Positions 9,357 through 19,600 of a DNA stretch of 56,466 bases are shown piece after piece. Position 1 is the stretch's first letter, and every line of letters starts with the position of its first letter. The translations under genes were made by a program, and so were the position numbers. Below the pieces are notes generated by a model. It made no database searches and was not told the DNA's origin. It saw only the letters and a list, made by a program, of their open reading frames with translations. This DNA comes from a virus (taxonomy: Duplodnaviria; Caudoviricetes): positions 1 through 56,466 of IMG/VR virus record IMGVR_UViG_3300020403_000012. One strand, written 5' to 3'.

Positions 9357-10538
9357 TTATAAACTTTGTAATACAGTAATTGTTGGCGATTCACTTTCAA
9401 CATATGGTCCTGTAGATCTATATTCTGTAAGAACACTTTCTAATGTACCTTCTACTCTTTCGTCAGCTCCACCGGAGCCATTTGCATCATCCGTAAATTC
9501 TATTAAAAATTGTAACTGTAAATTACTATTTTCTTTAACTTTAATTGTATATTCATTTTCAATATAAACTGCACTACCTGTTTTAGTATATATTGTTTGA
9601 TATGTACTTGTCAAGTCATAATTTCCGATTGTTGATCCTGTACCGTTTGCTAGACTGCTAACTGTTTCTTGATAGTTAAATGATATAACCCCCATATTGG
9701 TAAGCATTGCATCCCAGTCTCCAGATTTTGCATAATTGTCTGCTCCTGGAGTAGGTATGTTATTTAAACTTGCAGAAAATCTTAATTCTCCTCCTGCATT
9801 AAAGAAACCTCTACGTGCATTTGCTGTAGTAAATGTAACTTGGAATTCGTGTGAAACAACTTGAGGTGTTGCGGTACCTCCCCATAAAGCAGTTCTGGTT
9901 CTTGTATTTTTTATTGCTGGATCTGCTTGGGTTGAATCCACATTATACTTTGCGGTTTCACAAAGTGTTGTAAGTGCTTCGTATGTTTGATAAGATTCTT
10001 CGCCAATTGTATGGTAAAATGATCCGCCAGATACATATGAGCCCCAAGTTGCATCTCCAATTGGGTTTGTAAATGGCAGTCCTTGTGTTCGGTCATAATT
10101 AGAATACAATTCAAATTCTGTTGCAGACAAAACTTTAGCATAACCTGATACACCATTTAATTGTGTCATACCTTCTACGCCTCTAATTTGGTCAACCCAT
10201 AGTCCGTTTACTAACCTATGATTAACAACAGTAGTTATTGTTACTACATTATTATTACCTGTGTTTATGTACGCATTTTGAATTAGATATTGAAATGTAT
10301 TATCATTAACTTGCTTTATAGCATCTGTAGGTTCTGTTCCAGTTTGATGAGTTCTAATTTTTATTAAATCTGCATAAAGCTGATTCATTTCTAAAGCGGT
10401 TACTGTGTTTTCTTTAGGTACCTGTTGAGAACTTACTGCTTGATTATATCCAGTTGCTCCTACGCCAACTCCTAACACAGTTGCTATTCTCGATTGTAAC
10501 ACATTGTATCGTGCAGCAGATATAATTTGGTTAACCAT
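9357..10538 (-). CDS. Virion structural protein with an inserted FCCH-like beta domain
   Basis: RGFFNAGGELRFSASL, plus an insert ITTVVNHRLVNG...IRGVEGMTQLNG...VLSATEFEL. Confidence 0.7.
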   Translation of the reverse strand: MVNQIISAARYNVLQSRIATVLGVGVGATGYNQAVSSQQVPKENTVTALEMNQLYADLIKIRTHQTGTEPTDAIKQVNDNTFQYLIQNAYINTGNNNVVTITTVVNHRLVNGLWVDQIRGVEGMTQLNGVSGYAKVLSATEFELYSNYDRTQGLPFTNPIGDATWGSYVSGGSFYHTIGEESYQTYEALTTLCETAKYNVDSTQADPAIKNTRTRTALWGGTATPQVVSHEFQVTFTTANARRGFFNAGGELRFSASLNNIPTPGADNYAKSGDWDAMLTNMGVISFNYQETVSSLANGTGSTIGNYDLTSTYQTIYTKTGSAVYIENEYTIKVKENSNLQLQFLIEFTDDANGSGGADERVEGTLESVLTEYRSTGPYVESESPTITVLQSL

Positions 10539-10558
10539 AAAACTATCCTTTTATATAC

Positions 10559-12064
10559 TTATGTCTTTAGCACACACTCTACAAGTTTTTCATCACCTAT
10601 TTCGTTTGATTCTAAAGCAATACCTACTAAAGCAGTTGTTTGCACTGTAGAACATACACCGTCTTCCCAAGCATAAATTGCTTGTCCTTTTGCAACAGGA
10701 CCTTTTACCCTAATTGGTAATCTTCCTTTAAGTCCTATATATTGTCCTTCAGCGTCACTGTTCATCATATATGCTGGATCTGTTGATACGACACCAATAC
10801 AAACATCACTTGATTTTGCAGGACGAACTTCATAGTCATCATCTCCACCAACTGCAACTGCCGTGCCAGGCGCTAGTTCTTCTGCTGTCGTATATTTTTC
10901 TGCTAAATCTGCATATCTTGCTCTGGATGCTGTACCAGTAAATACGTTTGCAACTAAATTTCCATTTACATCTCTAATAGCTACAGTTTCTCCTGTGCTA
11001 TCAAGAGCACCTGGATAGTCAGTTCCTGAAACTCTAACTGCATCTGCAGAAGTTGCATTACCAGAAAAGGTAGTTGCGTGTACTGTATTCCATTTTTTTG
11101 CAGATGTTCCTAAAACATATGCATTGTTAATAAATGGAACAAATCCTGTATCAGTATCATTTTGAATTCTTGCAATTTCTATTAATCCAGTACTAGCTGT
11201 ATATGATTGGAATTTAATTTCATTGCCAATTAAATTTGATATTGTAGCTTCATTACCATTAGTAACGTGTAATTGTAAATCTAAACTATCACCAATTTTA
11301 ATACCTTCGTCGTCAGGTATTTCTAATGCTTGACCAGCACCTGCAGATGAAATAAAGTTACTTGAATCTAACCCATTAAGTTTTAAAGCATTACTTGAAG
11401 TACCCCAATAAATTGCTGTATTTGTATCATCATCTTGTCCTGTAATTCCTGTACTAGGAGTTCTAATTAATGTTAAGCCTTTTTTAACTACAGGAAAATG
11501 TCCTGTAATGTCATAATCGTCTAATGCTGACGGTTGTGTAGAACTTGGTGTAAAATCAACATCACTAATCATATAAACTGGATTGTTATTTACAAGGGCA
11601 ATAACTACAGGAATAGCAACATCTGACGGACTGGAATTAACATTTGTACTTAACAATTGTGTTGTACCTGTACCAGCAGCTTGAGGTCCTACTAATACAA
11701 ATTCACTTGCACTTGTTCTAGCAAACAACTGATTTGTGTTGCTATTATACCAAAGATCTCCTTCAACTAAACCAGCTGGTTCTACTGAAGCAACTTCTGC
11801 TCCGCCTGCTGTTTTCCAGGTTGTTCCTGTATAATATTTTAATTTGTTGGTAGAACTATCAAACCAAACTTGTCCGCTTATTGCTTTTGCAGGACTTGTT
11901 GACCCAGCAAAACTTTCTAGTAAAAATAAAAAGTTTTCGTTTTGTGCTTCGCCATATCCGCTATAGTTTTTACCTATTAATTTTAAATCAGTTGTGTTGT
12001 CAACTGTACCATCTTCTAGTGATAATAATTGTGCTCCACTAAATCTATTAATTATGTATGCCAT
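10559..12064 (-). CDS. Tail fibre / baseplate protein with a C-terminal intramolecular-chaperone-like domain
   Basis: N-terminal LIGKNYSGYGE..NENF..LLESFA..GQVWFD and C-terminal ADLAEKY...IGVVSTDPAYMMN...GLKGRLP. Confidence 0.75.
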   Translation of the reverse strand: MAYIINRFSGAQLLSLEDGTVDNTTDLKLIGKNYSGYGEAQNENFLFLLESFAGSTSPAKAISGQVWFDSSTNKLKYYTGTTWKTAGGAEVASVEPAGLVEGDLWYNSNTNQLFARTSASEFVLVGPQAAGTGTTQLLSTNVNSSPSDVAIPVVIALVNNNPVYMISDVDFTPSSTQPSALDDYDITGHFPVVKKGLTLIRTPSTGITGQDDDTNTAIYWGTSSNALKLNGLDSSNFISSAGAGQALEIPDDEGIKIGDSLDLQLHVTNGNEATISNLIGNEIKFQSYTASTGLIEIARIQNDTDTGFVPFINNAYVLGTSAKKWNTVHATTFSGNATSADAVRVSGTDYPGALDSTGETVAIRDVNGNLVANVFTGTASRARYADLAEKYTTAEELAPGTAVAVGGDDDYEVRPAKSSDVCIGVVSTDPAYMMNSDAEGQYIGLKGRLPIRVKGPVAKGQAIYAWEDGVCSTVQTTALVGIALESNEIGDEKLVECVLKT

Positions 12065-12081
12065 TGTTATTCCTCAAGTTG

Positions 12082-12094
12082 CAATGTATTTATT
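12082..12094 (-). promoter_or_regulatory. Late promoter (ATAAATA)
   Basis: AATAAATACATTG upstream of GAGGA and ATG 12064. Confidence 0.7.
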
Positions 12095-12098
12095 TGTT

Positions 12099-13997
12099 TT
12101 ACGGCGTATAAACAGTTGTCTCCTGGTGTGTCCAAACTCCAGCAATTACTTTGAATCTCATTGTGTAACGTGTAATATTAAACGTTACATTAATTGGTAC
12201 TGCTGTGGCACTAACGTCTTGTACTACACTAACGTTTTGTGTACCACCACTATCTACAGCAATAAAACTTTTATTCAATTGCGCATTAACGTCTGCTGTA
12301 TCAGTTCCAGATGCTGCAATTGCACTGGCGTGTATGTATGCCAGTGTTTGATTAGGTACTGTAGTAGCATTTACTAGTGCTTGAAGTATTCCTTTTACAT
12401 CATTGTTATCTGCTGAATTTGTGCTTGCTGTAACTGTTAATCCGGTAACATCTAATCCAAAAACATACGGTTTAGATCCTAATTCAACATCAACATATTG
12501 TTTTGTAGCAACTGCATCATTATCTGATTCTGTTAGTAAAGGATTTTCTGTAACAGCTCTTGCACTTATTGGTGTTTTTACGCCTTTTATTTCTTGTGCT
12601 GTACCAACTACCTCAATTGGACCATTTGATGTAAGTTCAATGCCAGCACTAGAGTTTGTTATTCTATTGCTGTCTATATTGATATTGTCAATTGTTATAG
12701 ATTCAAGAGATCCAATATTTACAAGTCCTGGTGCTGAGGTTACAGTCGATGCTATTGATGTTTTATCAATAAGAACGTTTCCTTCTAGTAGTAAGCCTCC
12801 GTCAGCATTGTCAATGTTAATATTGTCTTCTGTTGTCCAAGCAGTTGTTGCTGTTCTATAAGTCCACTTGATACTTCCGCCAGTTGTTTCTATTAACAAA
12901 CCTGCATCATCAACAAATTCGCTACTACTATCAAGTAAGCTACTATCATCTGGGATAGCTAACTGAATGTTTTTATCTGCTACCCTCAACGATGTTACTG
13001 ATTCATTTACAAGTGTACCAACTGTTAAATCGCCTTCGATTCTTAAATCACCTGTAATTCGTTGATTGCCTGTAACATCTAAATCGTACGCAGGTGTTTG
13101 TGTAAAAAATCCTATTTTTCTAGTGCTTGCATCAAAATATTGAGCTGTGTAAGGAGCAGTAGAATCTTTCATTTTAATTTCATAATCTACATCAGTAATA
13201 GTATTTGAATGAGTAACAACACCTCCGGAAATTAACAAATTGTAGTCAGAATCTGCTCCTATTACAATACCTTGATCGTTAGCAATTCTTAATTTTCCAG
13301 CCATTGTATCACCGGCTGTGTCAGTTGCACTTACAAAATCGTTGATTCTAAATTCTGTTCCTAGCTCGTCTGTTATAGCAAGTGCTTTATCAGCAATACC
13401 ATCAAGTACAAAAGTGCTAAAAGCACTATTAACATTCATACCCATTCTTAGTGTTGAGAATCCTGTTATTTCTATAGCAGGTGTAAATGCTTCTCTTGCA
13501 ATAACTATTAACGGTGTTCCACCAACATATATGTACACAATAACTTTGTTCAAACCAAATAAATCTTTAACAGTATCTACTTTAATTCCGCTAAGACCTT
13601 GTGTTTTAGTATAATTAGGGCCTATAAGAATCCAAGACTGTCCGTCCCAAAAATAAACTTGATTTGTAGTGCTATCAATCCATATATCACCTTCTACTTT
13701 TTCTAAAGGTGCTGTTGCACTTATTACACTACTGTCTGTGCTTCTAAATGTAGTGCCATCATATACTTTTACTCTATCTACTGTAGAGTCAAACCAAAGT
13801 TGTCCTTTTATAGGTTTAGATGGCGCTGATACGTTTGCAAAATTTTCAAGCAACTTTATAAAATTTTCATTTAAAAATTCACCAAAACCAGAATAATTCT
13901 TTCCTATAAAAGTAAGATCGGTTGACGTATTATCTATTTTACCATCAATTAATTCTGTTAATAATGTACCATCAGTTTTGTTTAACCTATAACTCAT
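12099..13997 (-). CDS. Tail fibre / baseplate protein (paralog family)
   Basis: FIGKNYSGFGEFLNENFIKLLENFA...GQLWFD...EGDIWID, followed by beta repeats. Confidence 0.75.
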   Translation of the reverse strand: MSYRLNKTDGTLLTELIDGKIDNTSTDLTFIGKNYSGFGEFLNENFIKLLENFANVSAPSKPIKGQLWFDSTVDRVKVYDGTTFRSTDSSVISATAPLEKVEGDIWIDSTTNQVYFWDGQSWILIGPNYTKTQGLSGIKVDTVKDLFGLNKVIVYIYVGGTPLIVIAREAFTPAIEITGFSTLRMGMNVNSAFSTFVLDGIADKALAITDELGTEFRINDFVSATDTAGDTMAGKLRIANDQGIVIGADSDYNLLISGGVVTHSNTITDVDYEIKMKDSTAPYTAQYFDASTRKIGFFTQTPAYDLDVTGNQRITGDLRIEGDLTVGTLVNESVTSLRVADKNIQLAIPDDSSLLDSSSEFVDDAGLLIETTGGSIKWTYRTATTAWTTEDNINIDNADGGLLLEGNVLIDKTSIASTVTSAPGLVNIGSLESITIDNINIDSNRITNSSAGIELTSNGPIEVVGTAQEIKGVKTPISARAVTENPLLTESDNDAVATKQYVDVELGSKPYVFGLDVTGLTVTASTNSADNNDVKGILQALVNATTVPNQTLAYIHASAIAASGTDTADVNAQLNKSFIAVDSGGTQNVSVVQDVSATAVPINVTFNITRYTMRFKVIAGVWTHQETTVYTP

Positions 13998-16021
13998 ATC
14001 ACTTGCCCCGTATATATAATAAAGTTCATTGCAAGGAACGGATCAGTAGTATCTAATGGATTATTTGTAGCACCCGGTATACCACCAGTTACTGAAATTT
14101 TAGTTCCGCTTGCTCCATCTGCAGCAGCTCCACCTGCACTAGAACCTGATCCAGTTTGTGATGCAACTGTAGTTGTAGCATAATATTGGTCTCCGGTGTC
14201 ACTTTCTAAATCGTGTGTGTGATCAGGTAAATTAGCTGAAGTAATTGTATTGGTTGCGTTACCGCTTACACCTCCGAGAGATGCGGTACCTGATGTGATT
14301 CTATTGTTATTACTACTAGGTGAACCAAGTAAGCCGACTGGATGTCTACCTCTTAAATCAGGAAGTGCAAATGTGTTTGCACCAGAAGATCCATATGTTG
14401 TTCCGATTACATCATATAGTAAATTATATGTTGTAGCAATTTGAATAGATCCATCACAAAATAACCATCCTGATGGTGCTGTGCCTCCAGCATATGGCAT
14501 TACCGATCCAATTGGAATTGTTTGAATGCTTCCTATAATATCGTTCTGTGTTGCTTTATATAATGTGCTTCCTCTTGCAACTAGGAGTTCATCTGTTCCA
14601 ACAATAGGCGCCGGTACAGCTGGCTTATTTGTAACAAAAGTAGGATCAATTACACTATTTGCAAAAGTTTTTGTAAGCCCGCCTGTTTGTCCGTCATAAG
14701 TGAAACTGTCAGCAGTAACCTCACCAACTAATCTAAATGTTGTTAAACTGTTGAGTTTTCCAGCACTTGTTGATGTTCCGTTCAATGTTCCTGTAATACT
14801 TAAACTCGATCCACTCTTTGGCTGAATTGATGTAGTGTTTATACGGTTTGCGTATAAATTATCATAGTAAAGAGAAGTATTACCAATATTATTTGCACTA
14901 TCTGTTTCTGGTAGTAAAGTTTCAGCAGTTATATTGCTGTTTACTGTAAGACTACCGCCAACGTGCAAGTCTTGTGCTACACCTATACCTCCAGGAGTTG
15001 TAATAGAACCTGTAATACTACTTGTAGAATTTGTTGTATCTGTAGTTTTTAATGTTCCGCTTGTTAATATATTTCCAGTTACATCTAATGCTTCTGTTGG
15101 GTTTGGATTATTAATTCCTGTATTGTTTGTATTTTCTGATTGTTTAACTCTTATTGCAGGAGTTGAAGATACAATCGACCTAATATCTAATGTTCCTGTA
15201 CCAAAATGTTCAATAATACTATCTGCATCTTCAATTTGTAAACTTAAGGTTTTTGTTTGTCCTAGTTCAATACCTCTATTATCACTTATTCTAACAGGTG
15301 CATCAATTGTTTGCTTTCCAGCTTCTGCATCGTTACGAACAAAGTTTGTACCTGGTACAGGCAAATTGTTTATAACAATATTATTTGCTCTATCTGCTGT
15401 ACCGTTAAGCACAGATGATAATGTCCTGTTTAAGTTGATACCAACCTTAAAAGGAACCGATGATGTATAACCTGCAATATTTGTTTTTGGTGCAAATTCT
15501 TCATCTGATATAATTGCTACAATAACATCTTCTGCATATATTGCTGTTACTTGTTTTGCAGGAGTGTCATCTGCTCTATCAATACTATATGCGATTGCAC
15601 CAGTAATTTGTGCAGAACTATATTGTGGACCTACAAGTACATAACCACTACCTGAATAAATGTACATTTGACTATTATTAGTGTCAACCCAAATATCTCC
15701 TACAACACTATTATCTGTTGCTGGTTGAACTGTTGATTTTTTTAATCCGCCGGCTGATACCCATTGTGTACCATCATATATTTTTAATTGATCAATTCCT
15801 GCTGTAGTATCATACCACAATTGTCCTTCAACAGGATTGCTAGGTGGATTTGCATTAGCAAAATTTTCTAACATATGTAATAAATTTGTATTAAAACTTA
15901 TTCCATAACCTGTAGAGTTTTGTCCAATCAATCCAAGACTTGTATCTGTATTGATTGCATTATCTTCTACAGTTATTGTACCTTTATTTGCTTCATCTGT
16001 AAAGGGTATTTCATATGCCAT
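13994..16021 (-). CDS. Tail fibre protein with a tail-collar domain
   Basis: Shared N-terminal LENFA/GQLWYD module. C-terminal IPIGSVMPYAGGTAPSGWLFCDG...LPDLRGR collar. Confidence 0.85.
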   Translation of the reverse strand: MAYEIPFTDEANKGTITVEDNAINTDTSLGLIGQNSTGYGISFNTNLLHMLENFANANPPSNPVEGQLWYDTTAGIDQLKIYDGTQWVSAGGLKKSTVQPATDNSVVGDIWVDTNNSQMYIYSGSGYVLVGPQYSSAQITGAIAYSIDRADDTPAKQVTAIYAEDVIVAIISDEEFAPKTNIAGYTSSVPFKVGINLNRTLSSVLNGTADRANNIVINNLPVPGTNFVRNDAEAGKQTIDAPVRISDNRGIELGQTKTLSLQIEDADSIIEHFGTGTLDIRSIVSSTPAIRVKQSENTNNTGINNPNPTEALDVTGNILTSGTLKTTDTTNSTSSITGSITTPGGIGVAQDLHVGGSLTVNSNITAETLLPETDSANNIGNTSLYYDNLYANRINTTSIQPKSGSSLSITGTLNGTSTSAGKLNSLTTFRLVGEVTADSFTYDGQTGGLTKTFANSVIDPTFVTNKPAVPAPIVGTDELLVARGSTLYKATQNDIIGSIQTIPIGSVMPYAGGTAPSGWLFCDGSIQIATTYNLLYDVIGTTYGSSGANTFALPDLRGRHPVGLLGSPSSNNNRITSGTASLGGVSGNATNTITSANLPDHTHDLESDTGDQYYATTTVASQTGSGSSAGGAAADGASGTKISVTGGIPGATNNPLDTTDPFLAMNFIIYTGQVI

Positions 16022-16626
16022 TAGCTATTCCCTCCGCTAAGGCTTTGTACTCTTACAGTGTAGTCAATTTGAATCAATCTATTCAATGATTTTTGCACTG
16101 GATGAAAAATTACGTGTGTAATTAATCTTCCTGTACCACTAGCACTATAGCCTCTCAATCCTAACTCGTCAAATACAAATTGTTGCTCAGTATCTGCGGC
16201 AGTATCAAATGCATCTTGTCCATCTGGTTCGCCATAATCAAGTAGACAGCTGATGACAATATCGGTGTAATTAGTGCCGGCAACGTGTCTAGTTTCAATT
16301 TTATTACGTGTAGGATCAAGATTGTTAACATTATTTGCATCAACAACTTTAGTATAAGTTTGATTGTATAAACTTGCGTTTGTTCCTGTGCTATTAGGTG
16401 TCAAATAAGTAATAATTCCAGTTGGATCAACAATTGTTCCACCGTTACCAAAACTCATTTCACTTATAAATCCTTGGCCAATATTTCCAAGACTTTCTGC
16501 AAGGCTTATACTCATATTCTCATAATGAATTGCATTGCGTTTGTCAACAAACACAAAGCCCGTTTCTGGGTTGAATATTTTTATATGACCTTCTATATGT
16601 ACACCGTTTTGTTCTTTTTCTATCAT
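16021..16626 (-). CDS. Baseplate/tail structural protein
   Basis: GHIKI...DKRNAIH...FGNGG...FDELGL...LITHVIFHPVQKSLNR. Lies between the giant structural gene and the fibre genes. Confidence 0.65.
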   Translation of the reverse strand: MIEKEQNGVHIEGHIKIFNPETGFVFVDKRNAIHYENMSISLAESLGNIGQGFISEMSFGNGGTIVDPTGIITYLTPNSTGTNASLYNQTYTKVVDANNVNNLDPTRNKIETRHVAGTNYTDIVISCLLDYGEPDGQDAFDTAADTEQQFVFDELGLRGYSASGTGRLITHVIFHPVQKSLNRLIQIDYTVRVQSLSGGNS

Positions 16627-16642
16627 AATACTATCCTTATTG

Positions 16643-16649
16643 TATTTAT
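16643..16649 (-). promoter_or_regulatory. Late promoter ATAAATA overlapping the stop codon of the giant ORF
   Basis: GATAAATACAATAAGGA upstream of ATG 16626. Confidence 0.6.
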
Positions 16650-19600
16650 CGGGCGAGCTTATATGTGCTATCTGTTAGAAACTTGCTTATAGTGTTTTTA
16701 CTATTAGCTAAACTGACACCGTCGTCATTCCAAATTTTTCCTGTTTTTCTTATAATTTTAACTTCAGTATTATTCAACGGAGCATTTACCACAGTCAAAA
16801 TATTGTTTTGTATTGTAAATTCTGGAGCAACAACAACATCACCTCCAGGGCTATCTTGATCCTTTGTTTCATCATATACATAGTAATTATAATCAGCCGT
16901 TGTATTATTAGGATCAACTGGTATAGCTTTTCTAAGTCGTTTACCTGCAACAAATACATCAAATTCATTCACACTAGAAGGCGTCCAATTTAATATAAAC
17001 TCGTTAGTGCTTCCGTCTCCAACAAACTTTTGAGTGTACGTTGTGTCTTGGTACGGTATAGTTTCGCTAGTACCTTGATGAAATACTCTACTTCCTTGGT
17101 TGTGTAATTCTTTTACACCAGTACCTAAAGTGCCTCTGCGAAGCTGTCGTAAAACATTACCATCTTTTTCATAATATTCAATTCTTTCACCATCTATAAA
17201 AATTATACCAGGAATAGATGCTTGTCTATTTGGCTCGTCTAATCCATCAGAGCTGTCTAAGACTATTGCTAAATCATAATAATTTAATGGTGAAGATAAT
17301 CTGTATTCTCTTTCACTGTTAATACGTTTATAATGATATCTATTCAACATATCTTTGAATATTCTAAATGCAAATTTCTTTTTACTTACTGGTGCTGTAA
17401 AATACAATATTTCTATTTGATCATTCAAAATAGGAGCATTTGATAAAATTATAGTTTTGCCATCTTCGGCAAGAGTATAATCTGCCTGTGCAGTCAAAAA
17501 TTTACCGTTCAAAAACACCCAAGCATAATTTGCACTAGGTATAATACTATTTAAAACAATATGTCCTTTGCTTAATAGATTTTTTGCAAAGTAATCTGCG
17601 GAACCTTCTGGTGCTTCTGTGCCGTCATAATTTACACAATAACTTAATCTCTCAAACTCATTTGTATCGTGATTAGAAAATACGTAAATTTTTACATCTT
17701 CTGTAGGAATATCTTTTAGACTCAATCTATCACTTTCTACTACATCAATACTATCTATTCTAAAATCTGTACTATCATCAAAATATAATGTAGGTGTATT
17801 GTCTTTTTCTGATAATAATATCAAATCTCGAACATAACCTTGCAATTTAATAGTTACATCATCGCCGGATTTTGTGTATTCTTGAACTGTAGCAATTACA
17901 TTTGTACTATCATTCAGTGTAAAATTGATTTGATCAAGTGACTCGTAATCTACAAGGCTTCCTGCATTTGACAAGTTTACTACAGTGTCAACAAAGAAAT
18001 ATTCTGCACTGTCTATAATGTAAACACGCATCACATCTCCTGGTTTGCCTACTGCTCTAGTTGTCAAGTCTAGTCTACCATTTATAGTATCATAAACATA
18101 ATTTACAGGATCTATTTTACTATCGTTGATATAAACTAATATATCAGATTGTTTAATAAGTGTTTTATCTTTAAACTGCCAATTATCAATTTCGTATGTT
18201 CTGTCAGTTGTAAGCGTATGTTTTATAACGTGTCCTGCTTCTAAAAATTTATCTCCGACTTTGACTAATATGTTATGGCTGATTGGTTTTTTGTTGAAAG
18301 GTAATGTAACAGCTCCATTTACTCCAAATGTATGCGAGCGTTGTGTTGATACAGATCTATCAAATGTATCATCTATTGCAAGCTGACTATACTTAGTTCC
18401 TGTACCTAAATATAAAGAATAAGTTACTATTGAATTTAATGTAGGTGCTTCTCCAAGAGTGATAATAATTCTATCTGCATTTTCCCCATATTCTGGACCT
18501 GCTTGATCAATAGTGAAGTTTGTGGTTACTACACCATTTATTGCTACAACACCAGTAATATTTTGTACCCAATTATATCCTGTAATAAATGTCCTTGTCT
18601 TTCCATCACCAGTGAAAGTATCGCTATCAATGATACTAGATCCATTTGTTCCAATTGTTAGTAATGATAAATGTTTACCTACAGGAAGTAAAGAACTATC
18701 ACTTATTCTTAGTATTTTTTCAATGTAATCTATTTCATATTGAGTAGGGTCTAAAACTACATTATCTAGTTTAACAATTACGCTATCTTGGTTTGCTGGT
18801 AAATCCTCTAAATAATATTCTGCTGAAATACCATCTGTTTTGAAGTTTTGTACTGTTATTGCACCTTGCCCATCACTAACTCTTTCTATTACTTGAATGT
18901 CAAGTGTATCTAAAACTTGTCCTGGAACTTGTTCTTCAGGACCTTTACTAGATGTAGGTGTAACAAATCCATCACCATCAACTACTACGTCACCTGAAGC
19001 AACTCCTGTTGCTGTTTGGAAAATGTTACCAAGATTTGTTAGAGATCCGCCACTTATTTCAGTATCAAAAATTACACCAGAAGGAGTAAATGCGCCATCA
19101 CTTGATTCTTTTCTTATAATTATTGTATCACCATCTTTTGTTACAAGTAAATCTTCATTAATATCAAATGTAGATGTTATGCCGTCTCCAGTAATTGTAA
19201 GCATAACAGCATTTGTATTATCTTGTCCTACTGTTCCAAATTCAGGATCATCTATTCTTATAGGATTATCACTAAGTCCAGCAGTTGCAGACTTGTAATA
19301 AATGTTATATTTTATACCAGATTCAAAAGGCTTACTTGCTGTAATCGTTTTTGTACTTCCATCAAGAATTATAACTTCATCTTCTAAATTTCCTGAGAAT
19401 CTATCAAAGTCGGTTACTCCAAATTTATCACCTGAGTCAAAGCCTGTGTTTGCGCCAAAAGTTGCTGTGTCAATTTGTACACCGCCATAATCAACTCCAT
19501 CCATCAATTGTGATAATTCTTTACCAAACTGTCCAGTTGTTGGATTGTAATAAAAATTAATTCTATCAGTAGCACTTAAATAATTAATATCTTTTTTGTA

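Noticed and set aside
8286-16021. Diversity-generating retroelement or invertase cassette acting on fibre genes
   Set aside because: There is no reverse transcriptase or recombinase in the window, and I noticed no TR/VR-like near-identical DNA repeats.
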